From Sulfolobaceae archaeon (GTDB taxonomy: Archaea; Thermoproteota; Thermoprotei_A; Sulfolobales; Sulfolobaceae), in assembly GCA_038893355.1 (NCBI GenBank), contig JAWARQ010000006.1, forward strand, positions 32,054-56,053: 24,000 bases of DNA, read 5' to 3'. The translations under genes and the position numbers were made by a program. The notes under the pieces are model-generated. The model ran no database searches, was not told the DNA's origin, and worked only from the letters and a program-made list of their open reading frames with translations. The number at the start of each line of letters is the position of its first letter. Position 1 is the stretch's first letter. Positions 1-8,268 of the stretch are shown one piece after another.

Positions 1-202
1 AAGAGTATGGATTATGTATTATTAAATTGCCTCTATTATCGATTTCATAACTTGGATTTCTAAATAACTGTGATGATTGGGAAAGTAATTCAGTTAGACC
101 GTTCTGAAAATTATTAATGACATTTTGTGGCCCCGCAATAGTATAAACTAGTATAACAACAGTTATACTTACAATAGTACTTATAATTTTAGGATTTAAC
201 AT
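1..202 (-). CDS. Partial ORF (first 67 codons; continues beyond the window start): hypothetical protein with an N-terminal hydrophobic anchor or signal
   Basis: Absent from the supplied track because it runs off the window. Hand translation of the minus strand from ATG (200-202): MLNPKIISTIVSITVVILVYTIAGPQNVINNFQNGLTELLSQSSQLFRNPSYEIDNRGNLIIHNPYS, with no stop down to position 2. It starts 14 nt after the cobQ stop on the same strand. Confidence 0.45.
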   Translation of the reverse strand, partial: MLNPKIISTIVSITVVILVYTIAGPQNVINNFQNGLTELLSQSSQLFRNPSYEIDNRGNLIIHNPYS

Positions 203-216
203 TTTAAACACTCTTA

Positions 217-1620
217 TTAATTATTAAATATTTTTCTTATTTCATCAATATCTAAATATTTTTTAATTAATTCTTCTATTTTATTTACTTTTTCCTTTAT
301 GTGCTCAAATAAATTTCTCTCTTTTAGATAGATCCCATATTCCTTTAATAATTCTCTTCCAAATTCAGAGTAAAATACACCATGTATTGAAAATCCTATA
401 AAATTCCCGCTCCTTGCACCATCAAACACTTCAACGTCCCTTAAACCTCTCTTACTTATAAGTATAAGAGGCTTCTGTGAGAGGTACTTTATCCTACCCC
501 TTCTTATCTCATATCCTTCTACTTCTTGCCTATTCTCTAGATCTTCACCATAACTCCAACTTACGATTTTTTCGTTCTCATATATTACTTCTACATCAAA
601 TATTCCTAATCCCTTATATTCACCCTTATGTCCCGTCTCTAGACCATAAGGATCTATCAATCTTTTAGCCATTATTTGAAATCCACCACATATTCCTATT
701 ACTGGTTTCTCTCTTAATTTATTATGAAAATTATTATTAATTAACCATTTAAGCGATTCTAAAGTATTTTTTGAACCTGGTAAAATTATTATATCATAGC
801 CCTTTAATATTTCTGGATTCCTTATAAACTCTAACGATGCATTTGAACCTTCAAATGCAGAGAATTCATTAAAATTACTCATGTAAGGGTAGGCTATTAC
901 TCCTATTCTATACGACCCACTATTAACATTATGAATATTCATGGAATCTTCCGCCATAATTATATTTTCCTCGATGTATGGAATATAGCCAAGGTACTTC
1001 ATATTTGTTCTTTCTTCTAACCATTTAACTGCTGGTTCTAGGAGTTTATAATTTCCTCTAAATTTATTAATTATAAACCCCTTCAATTTACTTCTTAGAG
1101 AAGGAGGAAGCATATTATAAACACCATAAGCGGAGGCAAAGGCACCGCCCCTTTCTACATCTAAAATTAGAATTATTGGTAAGTCATAATAAATTGATGG
1201 AAGTATGGAAGAAATATCGATATTAAGAAAGTTTGGTTCGCCTATACTACCTGCACCTTCTACAATTCTATCATCAACTATAGCTAAATTCTCTCTTATC
1301 TTTTTCCAAATTGTTTCAATCATATCATAATACATCTCATAGGAGAAAATACCCATACTTCTTCCAAATAGTATTACCTCTACTTTTCCGTTACCACTCG
1401 GCTTTAATAGTACTGGATTAAGGTCAGTATCTAAATCTTGGTTAGCACCAATAGCCTGAAAAGCTTGAATAAATGCAATTTCTTCGTTTTCTTTCGAAGG
1501 GAAACTATTGAGTGACATATTTTGAAATTTTAAAGGGCGCATTTTTAGTATTTTAGCCAAACCGCTAACGAGGAGGGATTTGCCCGAGTCGCTCATAGTA
1601 GAAGCTATTAATCCTTTCAT
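217..1620 (-). CDS. cobQ: Cobyric acid synthase (CobQ/CbiP)
   Basis: 467 aa. N-terminal dethiobiotin-synthetase-like P-loop (STMSDSGKS). C-terminal triad glutamine amidotransferase domain (IGICGGFQ ... HGVF). The overall layout is typical of CobQ. Confidence 0.9.
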   Translation of the reverse strand: MKGLIASTMSDSGKSLLVSGLAKILKMRPLKFQNMSLNSFPSKENEEIAFIQAFQAIGANQDLDTDLNPVLLKPSGNGKVEVILFGRSMGIFSYEMYYDMIETIWKKIRENLAIVDDRIVEGAGSIGEPNFLNIDISSILPSIYYDLPIILILDVERGGAFASAYGVYNMLPPSLRSKLKGFIINKFRGNYKLLEPAVKWLEERTNMKYLGYIPYIEENIIMAEDSMNIHNVNSGSYRIGVIAYPYMSNFNEFSAFEGSNASLEFIRNPEILKGYDIIILPGSKNTLESLKWLINNNFHNKLREKPVIGICGGFQIMAKRLIDPYGLETGHKGEYKGLGIFDVEVIYENEKIVSWSYGEDLENRQEVEGYEIRRGRIKYLSQKPLILISKRGLRDVEVFDGARSGNFIGFSIHGVFYSEFGRELLKEYGIYLKERNLFEHIKEKVNKIEELIKKYLDIDEIRKIFNN

Positions 1621-1634
1621 AACAAACTAAAGAG

Positions 1635-2396
1635 ATGAGTACTAAAGATTATATAAAGATTGCTCTTGGTCAGCTTTCATTTTTTACGATACTACCTTCT
1701 CCTAAAGTTAGTATAGAAGAAGTTGCAAGGGGAAGCTTTATTGCACCATTAATAGTAGGTTTTATTCTCTCTATTATAGAATACGTTGTATATTACATAT
1801 TTTGGATAATACTAGGGGATTATTCAAAGTATACTATAATTATTATAGCTGAAATACTTCGCGGGTTTAATCATCTTGATGGGCTACTTGATTTTGGGGA
1901 TGGAATAATGGTGAAGGGAAGTGCAGATAAGAAAGTTTCCGCAATGAAGGATAAGATGGTTGGAAGTGGTGGATTAGGTATGTTCTTGATTTATCTATTG
2001 CTCATTTTGAGTACAATTAAATTTGTTCCAAATCCAAATTCAATTTCATCATTTCTTATCATTCTATTTGCTGATATTATTTCAAGAGCTTTATCTTTAA
2101 TACTATTAGCAATCACTAACCCGATCGTAGAAAGTCATTTAGCAAAATTATTTAACAAAGAACTCAAGAAAAAGTTGGGTATATTACTAATTTTATACTC
2201 TCCTTTCATTATTATTACCATACCAACATTTGTCGTATCTCTCCTTTCATTATTATTATTTAGAGAAATATCACTTAGAAGCTTTAAAGGAGTCTCTGGA
2301 GATGTTGCTGGTGCACTTATAACTTTATTATTCCCTATTCTATTAGCGTCTAATACATGCTTATCTCTCTCGCCTTATCATTATTTATTGACCTAG
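1635..2396 (+). CDS. cobS: Adenosylcobinamide-GDP ribazoletransferase (cobalamin 5'-phosphate synthase, CobS)
   Basis: 253 aa polytopic membrane protein. CobS-type motifs: LSFFTILP near the N-terminus and HLDGLLDFGDG ... KDKMVGSGG. Confidence 0.85.
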   Translation: MSTKDYIKIALGQLSFFTILPSPKVSIEEVARGSFIAPLIVGFILSIIEYVVYYIFWIILGDYSKYTIIIIAEILRGFNHLDGLLDFGDGIMVKGSADKKVSAMKDKMVGSGGLGMFLIYLLLILSTIKFVPNPNSISSFLIILFADIISRALSLILLAITNPIVESHLAKLFNKELKKKLGILLILYSPFIIITIPTFVVSLLSLLLFREISLRSFKGVSGDVAGALITLLFPILLASNTCLSLSPYHYLLT

Positions 2397-3292
2397 TGTT
2401 AGGAGAGCCACCAGCAAAAATTCATCCAGTAGTGTGGACTGGAAAGATAAGTGAGAGATTTATAAAGCCTTATTCTTCGAGACCTTACGGAATTTTTATA
2501 TGGTGCATATCCGTATTACCTATACTTTTACCATCGTCCTTAGCATTATACTATATAAGAGATCCAATATTTCAAATACTAGTAAGTACATATTTTATTA
2601 AGATTTCTTTCTCAATAAAATTACTTTATAAAATAGTATACAACTCAAAAGATTTAGATGAAAATGCAAAATATTGGGTACAACAGATAGTAAGAAGAAA
2701 CGTATATGAATTAGATAGGGGTCATGTAGCTTCAGCTGCAATCGAATCCTTGTTTGAGAGTACTGTTGATGGTATAACATCACCATTATTTTGGTACATA
2801 GTATTAGGCCCTTTTGGAGCGCTACTTCAAAGACTAAGTAATACTATGGATAGTATGGTAGGTTATAAAACGCCAGAACTTAAGGATCAGGGCTGGTTTT
2901 CTGCAAAAGTTGATACAATTCTTAACTTTATTCCAGCTAGGATTACTGGGTACCTGATGATCTTGCTGGGTATGATATTTAGATTAAATTGGAGGAACGC
3001 TATTAAAGCTTTAAAGGAATCTAAAATGGAAAGCGTAAACGCTAAGTATCCTATAGCAATTGCAGCAGGACTTTTAAACGTCAGACTAGAGAAACCCGGC
3101 TATTATTCAGTTGGATCTGGTAATTTACCAGATACTAAAGAAATTATAATTTCTTTAAATTTTTTTAAAGCTTTAGTTGCAACTTACTTAGCCTTAGTAC
3201 TAATCATAGATTATTACCTTTATGGCCTTACCTTCTTCAGCTACCCTTATGGCATTATAGAATTCTTCTATTCTAAATTTATGAGTTATTAA
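2357..3292 (+). CDS. cbiB: Adenosylcobinamide-phosphate synthase (CbiB/CobD family)
   Basis: 311 aa membrane protein. CbiB motifs: LGEPPAKIHPVVWTGK, SAAIESLFESTVDGITSPLFW, NTMDSMVGYK, FIPARITG. The start overlaps the cobS 3' end by 40 nt. Confidence 0.85.
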   Translation: MLISLALSLFIDLVLGEPPAKIHPVVWTGKISERFIKPYSSRPYGIFIWCISVLPILLPSSLALYYIRDPIFQILVSTYFIKISFSIKLLYKIVYNSKDLDENAKYWVQQIVRRNVYELDRGHVASAAIESLFESTVDGITSPLFWYIVLGPFGALLQRLSNTMDSMVGYKTPELKDQGWFSAKVDTILNFIPARITGYLMILLGMIFRLNWRNAIKALKESKMESVNAKYPIAIAAGLLNVRLEKPGYYSVGSGNLPDTKEIIISLNFFKALVATYLALVLIIDYYLYGLTFFSYPYGIIEFFYSKFMSY

Positions 3293-4222
3293 CTGTCTAA
3301 CGTTGATTTTCTCTTGGCTTATTAATCGTAGTGCTTCATTAGTATCTTCTTCAACTGCTGCATTGCTAGATATTATTGAAATTTCATTATTTAATAAATC
3401 ACTTATATCATAATCCAATTTAGAACCTTTATATGGAACTCCAAATAATAAAACCCTCCCGCCCTTTCTTGTAGAATATAAGCCTTGGAGTATGCCTTTT
3501 GGGTTACCGGTTGCAATTATGACTACATCAGCACCTCTTCCATCGCTTAACTTCCTTACTTCACTTACAATATCTGTTGAATTAGGATTTATTGCATAAT
3601 CTATAATCTTATGTTCTAGTGCGAAATTTAGTCTATAATCTGAAACGTCAGATGCTATTATCATATTTGCTCTATAAACCCTAGCCAGCAATGCATGTAA
3701 AAGACCCATAGGACCAGCACCTATTATTAATACAGTATCACCTTCCTCTATTCTTACCCTCCTTTGCGCCCTAATTACTGTCGCTAAAGGCTCTATAAAT
3801 ATACCATCTTCAAATGTAACATTTTGTGGTAGTTTTAATACTCCACCTCTCTCAATATTCCATGCCGGTACCCTAAAATATTCGCTAAAACCTCCGGGAT
3901 ATATGTTTGTTTTTCGATAATATTCGCACATCGTAGGACTTCCTTTCTTACAATAATAGCAGTTATAGCATGGTACATGATGGTGTGCAAAGACTCTATC
4001 CCCTTCCCTTATCCAATCCACTTTAGACTCTGCAACTATTCCCACGGGCTCATGACCTAAAATAGGTTGTGATGCGGTATATTCTCCCTTAATTTTCTCA
4101 ATATCTGTACCACACAAACCACAAGCTTTCATCTTTACTAATATCTCCCCATCAGTTATCTTAGGTATTTCGAGATCATTCCTTATTTCAAGCCTTCCGT
4201 TAGAAATTACTACAGCTTTCAT
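3200..4222 (-). CDS. Zinc-dependent medium-chain alcohol/polyol dehydrogenase (threonine/sorbitol dehydrogenase-like)
   Basis: 340 aa. Catalytic Zn ligands in CGLCGTD and GHEPVG. Structural Zn site CYNCYYCKKGSPTMC. Rossmann motif GAGPMG. Substrate cannot be assigned from sequence alone. Confidence 0.85.
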   Translation of the reverse strand: MKAVVISNGRLEIRNDLEIPKITDGEILVKMKACGLCGTDIEKIKGEYTASQPILGHEPVGIVAESKVDWIREGDRVFAHHHVPCYNCYYCKKGSPTMCEYYRKTNIYPGGFSEYFRVPAWNIERGGVLKLPQNVTFEDGIFIEPLATVIRAQRRVRIEEGDTVLIIGAGPMGLLHALLARVYRANMIIASDVSDYRLNFALEHKIIDYAINPNSTDIVSEVRKLSDGRGADVVIIATGNPKGILQGLYSTRKGGRVLLFGVPYKGSKLDYDISDLLNNEISIISSNAAVEEDTNEALRLISQEKINVRQLITHKFRIEEFYNAIRVAEEGKAIKVIIYD

Positions 4223-4330
4223 AAGTATAAGATAAATCTTTGTATTATTTTTAGTTCTTGGTATCTTAATACCTTAGACCTACTGAAGGCAAATATTTAT
4301 ATTTATCTAGTAGAAAAGAATAGGAAAAGA

Positions 4331-4651
4331 ATGAATAGTAGCAGGGTTATAACGATAGCAGAGGATGTAGTAAAGAGGGTAATAGATGACAATATAGTAA
4401 TTGTTACAGTAAAGAACTTAGGATTGAGTAAATATGTTCTTATTGATTTAAATATTATAGTATCACTTGAGAAGTATTTAGAATTAATTTTGCCCAAAAA
4501 CATTCAAAGAATGTTAGTAGTATTATCAACAAAAAGGATTAATAATTACTCAGATATTAAAATTATAATTAGTAAGGTAAGGAAAGATACAATAATTCAA
4601 TTTTTATTTTCTGAGAAATTAAAAGAAAATATTATGATTATATTCTATTAA
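4331..4651 (+). CDS. Hypothetical small protein (106 aa), no recognisable motif
   Basis: Longest ORF in a 468-bp gap. A TATA-like tttatatt lies about 27-34 nt upstream of the ATG. It competes with an antisense 66-aa low-complexity ORF (4303-4503). Coding status is uncertain. Confidence 0.35.
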   Translation: MNSSRVITIAEDVVKRVIDDNIVIVTVKNLGLSKYVLIDLNIIVSLEKYLELILPKNIQRMLVVLSTKRINNYSDIKIIISKVRKDTIIQFLFSEKLKENIMIIFY

Positions 4652-4658
4652 GAACACC

Positions 4659-4667
4659 TTTTTATAG
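4659..4667 (+). promoter_or_regulatory. TATA-like box for the PUA / Dpm1-like pair
   Basis: tttttatag lies 24-32 nt upstream of ATG 4691. Confidence 0.35.
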
Positions 4668-4690
4668 CTTTCAATTGTTTTATAATTTGA

Positions 4691-5152
4691 ATGAATAGAC
4701 ATGTACTATCAGAAAAGGATTCAAGAATCTTTATAGAACAAATAAAAAAGCGTTATGGATTTAATATAGAGGGAAAGATAGAATTAGGGAAGGATAAAAA
4801 AGAGAGATATTATTTTGTAAATGACGTTTTAGCATTTATAGGCGACGAATTAATCCCAACATTATGTGCAGTGACTAAATTAAAGCTCGAATTACCTTAC
4901 GTTACCATAGATGAAGGGGCAGTTAGGGCAGTTGCTAATGGGGCAGACCTCTTTGTTCCGGGTATTTTAGAGTATAATTGTGAATGTAAAGTAGGCGATA
5001 TAATTTTAGTTAAGACTAAAACTGGCCTACCAGTTGCCATAATGAAAGTAGTAATGGATAAAAAGAGCGCGATCGAAACTAAAAAAGGGAAGTTCGCAAT
5101 TAACCTACATTATGTCGGCGATAAAATTTGGGAAATGTGTAAGGGGAAGTAA
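4691..5152 (+). CDS. PUA-domain RNA-binding protein (archaeal Tma20/MCT-1-like, pre-PUA + PUA)
   Basis: 153 aa. PUA-type core: VTIDEGAVRAVANGADLFVPGI ... VGDIILV ... PVAIMKV ... HYVGDKIWE. Confidence 0.8.
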   Translation: MNRHVLSEKDSRIFIEQIKKRYGFNIEGKIELGKDKKERYYFVNDVLAFIGDELIPTLCAVTKLKLELPYVTIDEGAVRAVANGADLFVPGILEYNCECKVGDIILVKTKTGLPVAIMKVVMDKKSAIETKKGKFAINLHYVGDKIWEMCKGK

Positions 5153-5845
5153 ATGTTTTGTGTAGTTATCCCAACTTATAATGAGAGGAACAATATAGGA
5201 AATTTAATAAATTCTTTAATAAATTTAATAAATAACTTATATATTATTGTTGTTGATGATAATAGTCCAGACGGCACTGCAGAAGTTGTTAAAAATCTAG
5301 GGCATAATAATTTGTATTTAATTATTAGAAGTGGGAAGTTAGGATTAGGTTCAGCTTTACGGGACGGAATGAGGAAAGGGTTAGAGCTTGGTTGTGAAAG
5401 GATAGCAACAATGGACGCAGACTTTAGTCATGATCCTAGATATTTGAAAAATATGTATGAAGTTTCAGTGAAAAGTAATGCTGATTTAGTTATAGGCTCT
5501 AGATATATAAAAGGTGGAAAGATAGAGAATTGGGGATATCATAGGTTTATCATTAGTAAGGCTGCAAACCTATTAGCTAAGGTTTTATTACGTACAAAGG
5601 TTAATGATAATACTTCTAATTTTAGAATTTATTCAAGAATTGCAGTAGAGAGAGCAATAGAGTGTAATGATGCTAATGGTTTTGAATATCAAATTTGTAC
5701 TGTATATAAAATATCTAAGGCTAAGTTAAAAATTATAGAATTCCCAATAATATTTAAAGATAGAAAAGAGGGTTCAAGTAAGTTAAAATTTAATGATATA
5801 ATAAAATGGCTCGTATATATAATTAAACTTTCCCTTTCTTCTTAA
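5153..5845 (+). CDS. GT2 polyprenol/dolichol-phosphate mannosyltransferase-like (Dpm1-type)
   Basis: 230 aa. Motifs: VVIPTYNERNNI, VVDDNSPDGT, MDADFSHDP, GSRY. The ATG immediately follows the PUA gene stop (TAAATG). Confidence 0.8.
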   Translation: MFCVVIPTYNERNNIGNLINSLINLINNLYIIVVDDNSPDGTAEVVKNLGHNNLYLIIRSGKLGLGSALRDGMRKGLELGCERIATMDADFSHDPRYLKNMYEVSVKSNADLVIGSRYIKGGKIENWGYHRFIISKAANLLAKVLLRTKVNDNTSNFRIYSRIAVERAIECNDANGFEYQICTVYKISKAKLKIIEFPIIFKDRKEGSSKLKFNDIIKWLVYIIKLSLSS

Positions 5846-6137
5846 GCTTCGAGAGTTCTTCTTTTAGAGCTTCTAACTCCTTCTTGAGGTAAGCTATCTC
5901 ACTTTCATGAACATTTAATACTTTCTTTATTTCTTCAAAACTATCCTTATGGCTCTCCTTTAGTTTAATATTTCCTTCATTATCCACCTCTACAAATCCT
6001 AATCTTACTAATTCTCTAACATAACCTTTTACAGTCTTTGGAGAAACTTTTATTTCTAAAGCTAGATCTTTTATGTTAATAGTACCCTTCTCTTTTAGTA
6101 AATTTATAATATCTTGTAATCGTGGTGTTAATTCCAT
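5823..6137 (-). CDS. Small winged-helix DNA-binding protein with a C-terminal coiled coil (putative transcription regulator)
   Basis: 104 aa. The N-terminus (LQDIINLLKEKGTINIKDLALEIKVSPKTVKGYVRELVRLGFV) reads as a wHTH. The C-terminus (EIAYLKKELEALKEELSKLKKK) is heptad-like. It is divergent from the OCD-aminotransferase pair. Confidence 0.6.
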   Translation of the reverse strand: MELTPRLQDIINLLKEKGTINIKDLALEIKVSPKTVKGYVRELVRLGFVEVDNEGNIKLKESHKDSFEEIKKVLNVHESEIAYLKKELEALKEELSKLKKKGKV

Positions 6138-6196
6138 AGTTTAGAACTATTATAAAATTCTTTTTAAGCAATTTGGCATATTTCTCAAAGATAATT

Positions 6197-7156
6197 ATGG
6201 CATTATTAATCAAGGAGGAAGACGTAGAAGAATTGTTAACATTCGAAGATGCTTATAAAGCATTAAAAGATGCTTTTGGATTATTAGAGCATAAACTAAG
6301 CATAAATACAAAGAGGATTAGGACACCTTTTGCAGGAACTATCCTAGCTTATCAAGCTGGGGGGATGCTAGAGTATCTAGGCTTTAAAACCTATATTCCT
6401 GGTAGTAATGTAATTGGTATTTTGTTTAATAAAGAGGGAGAGCTGCTTGCAATTTTTGAGGCAGATAGATTAACTAGAGTCAGAACGACAGCTTTAGCTG
6501 TTTTAGCTTCGGATTTTATAAAGAAGAATTATTCTAATGTCGCAGTGATAGGATTAGGTAACCAAGGAATAGTTCAAGTCGAAGCATTTTATGAGTTAAA
6601 GAAATTAAAGGTTAAGGTATATACGAGAAGCAAGGAAAGGCTTGATAGAGCTCTAAAATTCTTTAGTAAGAGAGGCATAGATGTAGAAGTAAAAGATACG
6701 ATAAAAGATGCATGTAAGGAATCTGAAGTAATCACTACAATAACTTCTTCTAAAGACCCATTTATAAAATCAGAATATTTGGATAAAGGTTCACATATTA
6801 ATGCAATGGGTTCTGTAATTCCTGAAAGAGCTGAGATATTTCCTGAAGTTTTCAAAATGGCAAAATCAGTAGTTGTAGAGGATATAGAGCAAGCTAAGGA
6901 AGAGGCTGGTGATTTGATTTTAGCTTACAAAATGAAAATGCTTGAATGGTCTAAATTAATCCCACTTTCTTCTATCATCTTAGATAAGATTAGACCTAGA
7001 GAAAGTCAAGATGATATTACTGTATTTAAATCTGTTGGGATAGGACTAGAAGATGTAGCAGTAATGATAAGTCTTTACGAGAAAGCTAAAAAGAGGGGAG
7101 TTGGTACTGAAATAGAGGTAAAAGGTAAATGGTTTCCAAAATTGGAAGAGAAATAG
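6197..7156 (+). CDS. Ornithine cyclodeaminase/mu-crystallin family NAD(P)-dependent enzyme (archaeal alanine dehydrogenase / ketimine reductase-like)
   Basis: OCD-family layout with the Rossmann motif VIGLGNQG. The track ORF begins at TTG 6173. I prefer ATG 6197 (MALLIKEEDVEELL) because a TATA-like tttttaag (6161-6168) sits 29-36 nt upstream of it. Confidence 0.8.
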   Translation: MALLIKEEDVEELLTFEDAYKALKDAFGLLEHKLSINTKRIRTPFAGTILAYQAGGMLEYLGFKTYIPGSNVIGILFNKEGELLAIFEADRLTRVRTTALAVLASDFIKKNYSNVAVIGLGNQGIVQVEAFYELKKLKVKVYTRSKERLDRALKFFSKRGIDVEVKDTIKDACKESEVITTITSSKDPFIKSEYLDKGSHINAMGSVIPERAEIFPEVFKMAKSVVVEDIEQAKEEAGDLILAYKMKMLEWSKLIPLSSIILDKIRPRESQDDITVFKSVGIGLEDVAVMISLYEKAKKRGVGTEIEVKGKWFPKLEEK

Positions 7157-8268
7157 AGATTTCGCCAGTTGAATTAGCATCACAAATTGCAAAAAAGGTT
7201 GAAATAAATCTTGCCAGCGGGTCTCCTGACCCAAGGGTTATGCCTATAAAAGAAATTAATGAGGCTTATAATGAAGTATTAAGTGAAATAGGTGCAAGAG
7301 CCTTATTTTACCCGGGTGCAGGTGGTCAAGAAGAACTAATAAAGGAAGTTGATAATTTCATTAAATTAATAGATATAAAAAGAAATTCGAATGATAAAAT
7401 TGTTATAACTAGTGGGGCACAGCATGCAATAGAGTTAGTTAGTAAGTATTTTCTGGAAAATGATGTGATAGCCGTAGAAAATCCCACATTTGTAGAGACA
7501 TTTAATTCATTAAAGTTAAGGAGTAGTGTTGTATTACCTATCGATTTAGAAAATAATGGGCCAAATGTTAGTGAGTTAGAAATGTTACTAAAAATTGTTA
7601 AAATAAAACTAATTTACTTAATACCTAATTGTCATAATCCTGCAGGTATAACAACTTGTGAGGAGAAAAGAAAGAGAATTGTTGAGTTAGCAGAAAAACA
7701 TGATTTCTATATTTTAGAAGATGACCCTTATAGACCTATTGCAGGAGAATTACCTCCACCCATAAAGAACTTTGATAGAAGTGGTAGAGTTATATATGTA
7801 GGTAGCTTTAGTAAGATAATTGCGCCAGGCTTAAGGGTTGGGTTTATTATCGCAAGAGATGATATTGCGGATAAAATATCCTTACTAGAGCAACTTGATT
7901 TCTCGACCTCAACTATAAATCAGTATGTAGTGGCTAGGTTATTAAGAAAGGGAATAGTAAGGGATAGAATGTCGGCTTTAAGCGTATACTATAAAGAGAA
8001 AATGAAGGTAATGAGGGATAGTTTAATCGATAATGGCCTAGATTCGTTCAATCCACCTTCATGTGGATTCTTCGTACTGTTAGACTTAAAGAAGGATAGT
8101 TGGAAGGTATTTAATGAAGCTGTAAAAAGAGGATTAAGTTTTGTTCCAGCAAAACCATTCTTTCTTAGAGGCGGTGAGACTATGGCGCGATTAAGTATAA
8201 GTGTTGCAACTAAAGATCAAATACAGAAAGGCATAAAGATACTTAAGGAGAGTATAAATTCTATCTAG
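7129..8268 (+). CDS. Class I/II PLP-dependent aminotransferase (2-aminoadipate/aromatic aminotransferase-like)
   Basis: 379 aa. Motifs: ASGSPDPRVMP, IPNCHNPAGIT, and the PLP-lysine motif GSFSKIIAPGLRVGF. It overlaps the upstream OCD gene by 28 nt. Confidence 0.85.
   Translation: MVSKIGREIEISPVELASQIAKKVEINLASGSPDPRVMPIKEINEAYNEVLSEIGARALFYPGAGGQEELIKEVDNFIKLIDIKRNSNDKIVITSGAQHAIELVSKYFLENDVIAVENPTFVETFNSLKLRSSVVLPIDLENNGPNVSELEMLLKIVKIKLIYLIPNCHNPAGITTCEEKRKRIVELAEKHDFYILEDDPYRPIAGELPPPIKNFDRSGRVIYVGSFSKIIAPGLRVGFIIARDDIADKISLLEQLDFSTSTINQYVVARLLRKGIVRDRMSALSVYYKEKMKVMRDSLIDNGLDSFNPPSCGFFVLLDLKKDSWKVFNEAVKRGLSFVPAKPFFLRGGETMARLSISVATKDQIQKGIKILKESINSI

Noticed and set aside
477-668. 63-aa plus-strand ORF inside cobQ
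   Set aside because: It is entirely antisense to a well-supported CobQ coding region. The composition is low-complexity Leu/His/Ser and there are no motifs. It is a shadow ORF.
2598-2786. 62-aa minus-strand ORF inside cbiB
   Set aside because: It is a shadow ORF antisense to conserved CbiB motifs.
4303-4503. 66-aa minus-strand ORF
   Set aside because: The sequence is low-complexity and hydrophobic (runs of L/F/T/S) and antisense to the longer 106-aa ORF. No promoter-like box sits at the right distance. I kept only the plus-strand ORF, and that at low confidence.
6173-6196. TTG start extending the OCD-family ORF by 8 codons
   Set aside because: The TATA-like box at 6161-6168 would lie only 5-12 nt upstream of this TTG. 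ATG 6197 has proper spacing and gives a typical N-terminus.
6589-7234. Two minus-strand ORFs (6589-6855 at 88 aa, 7046-7234 at 62 aa)
   Set aside because: Both are antisense to the OCD and aminotransferase coding regions and have no motifs. They are shadow ORFs.
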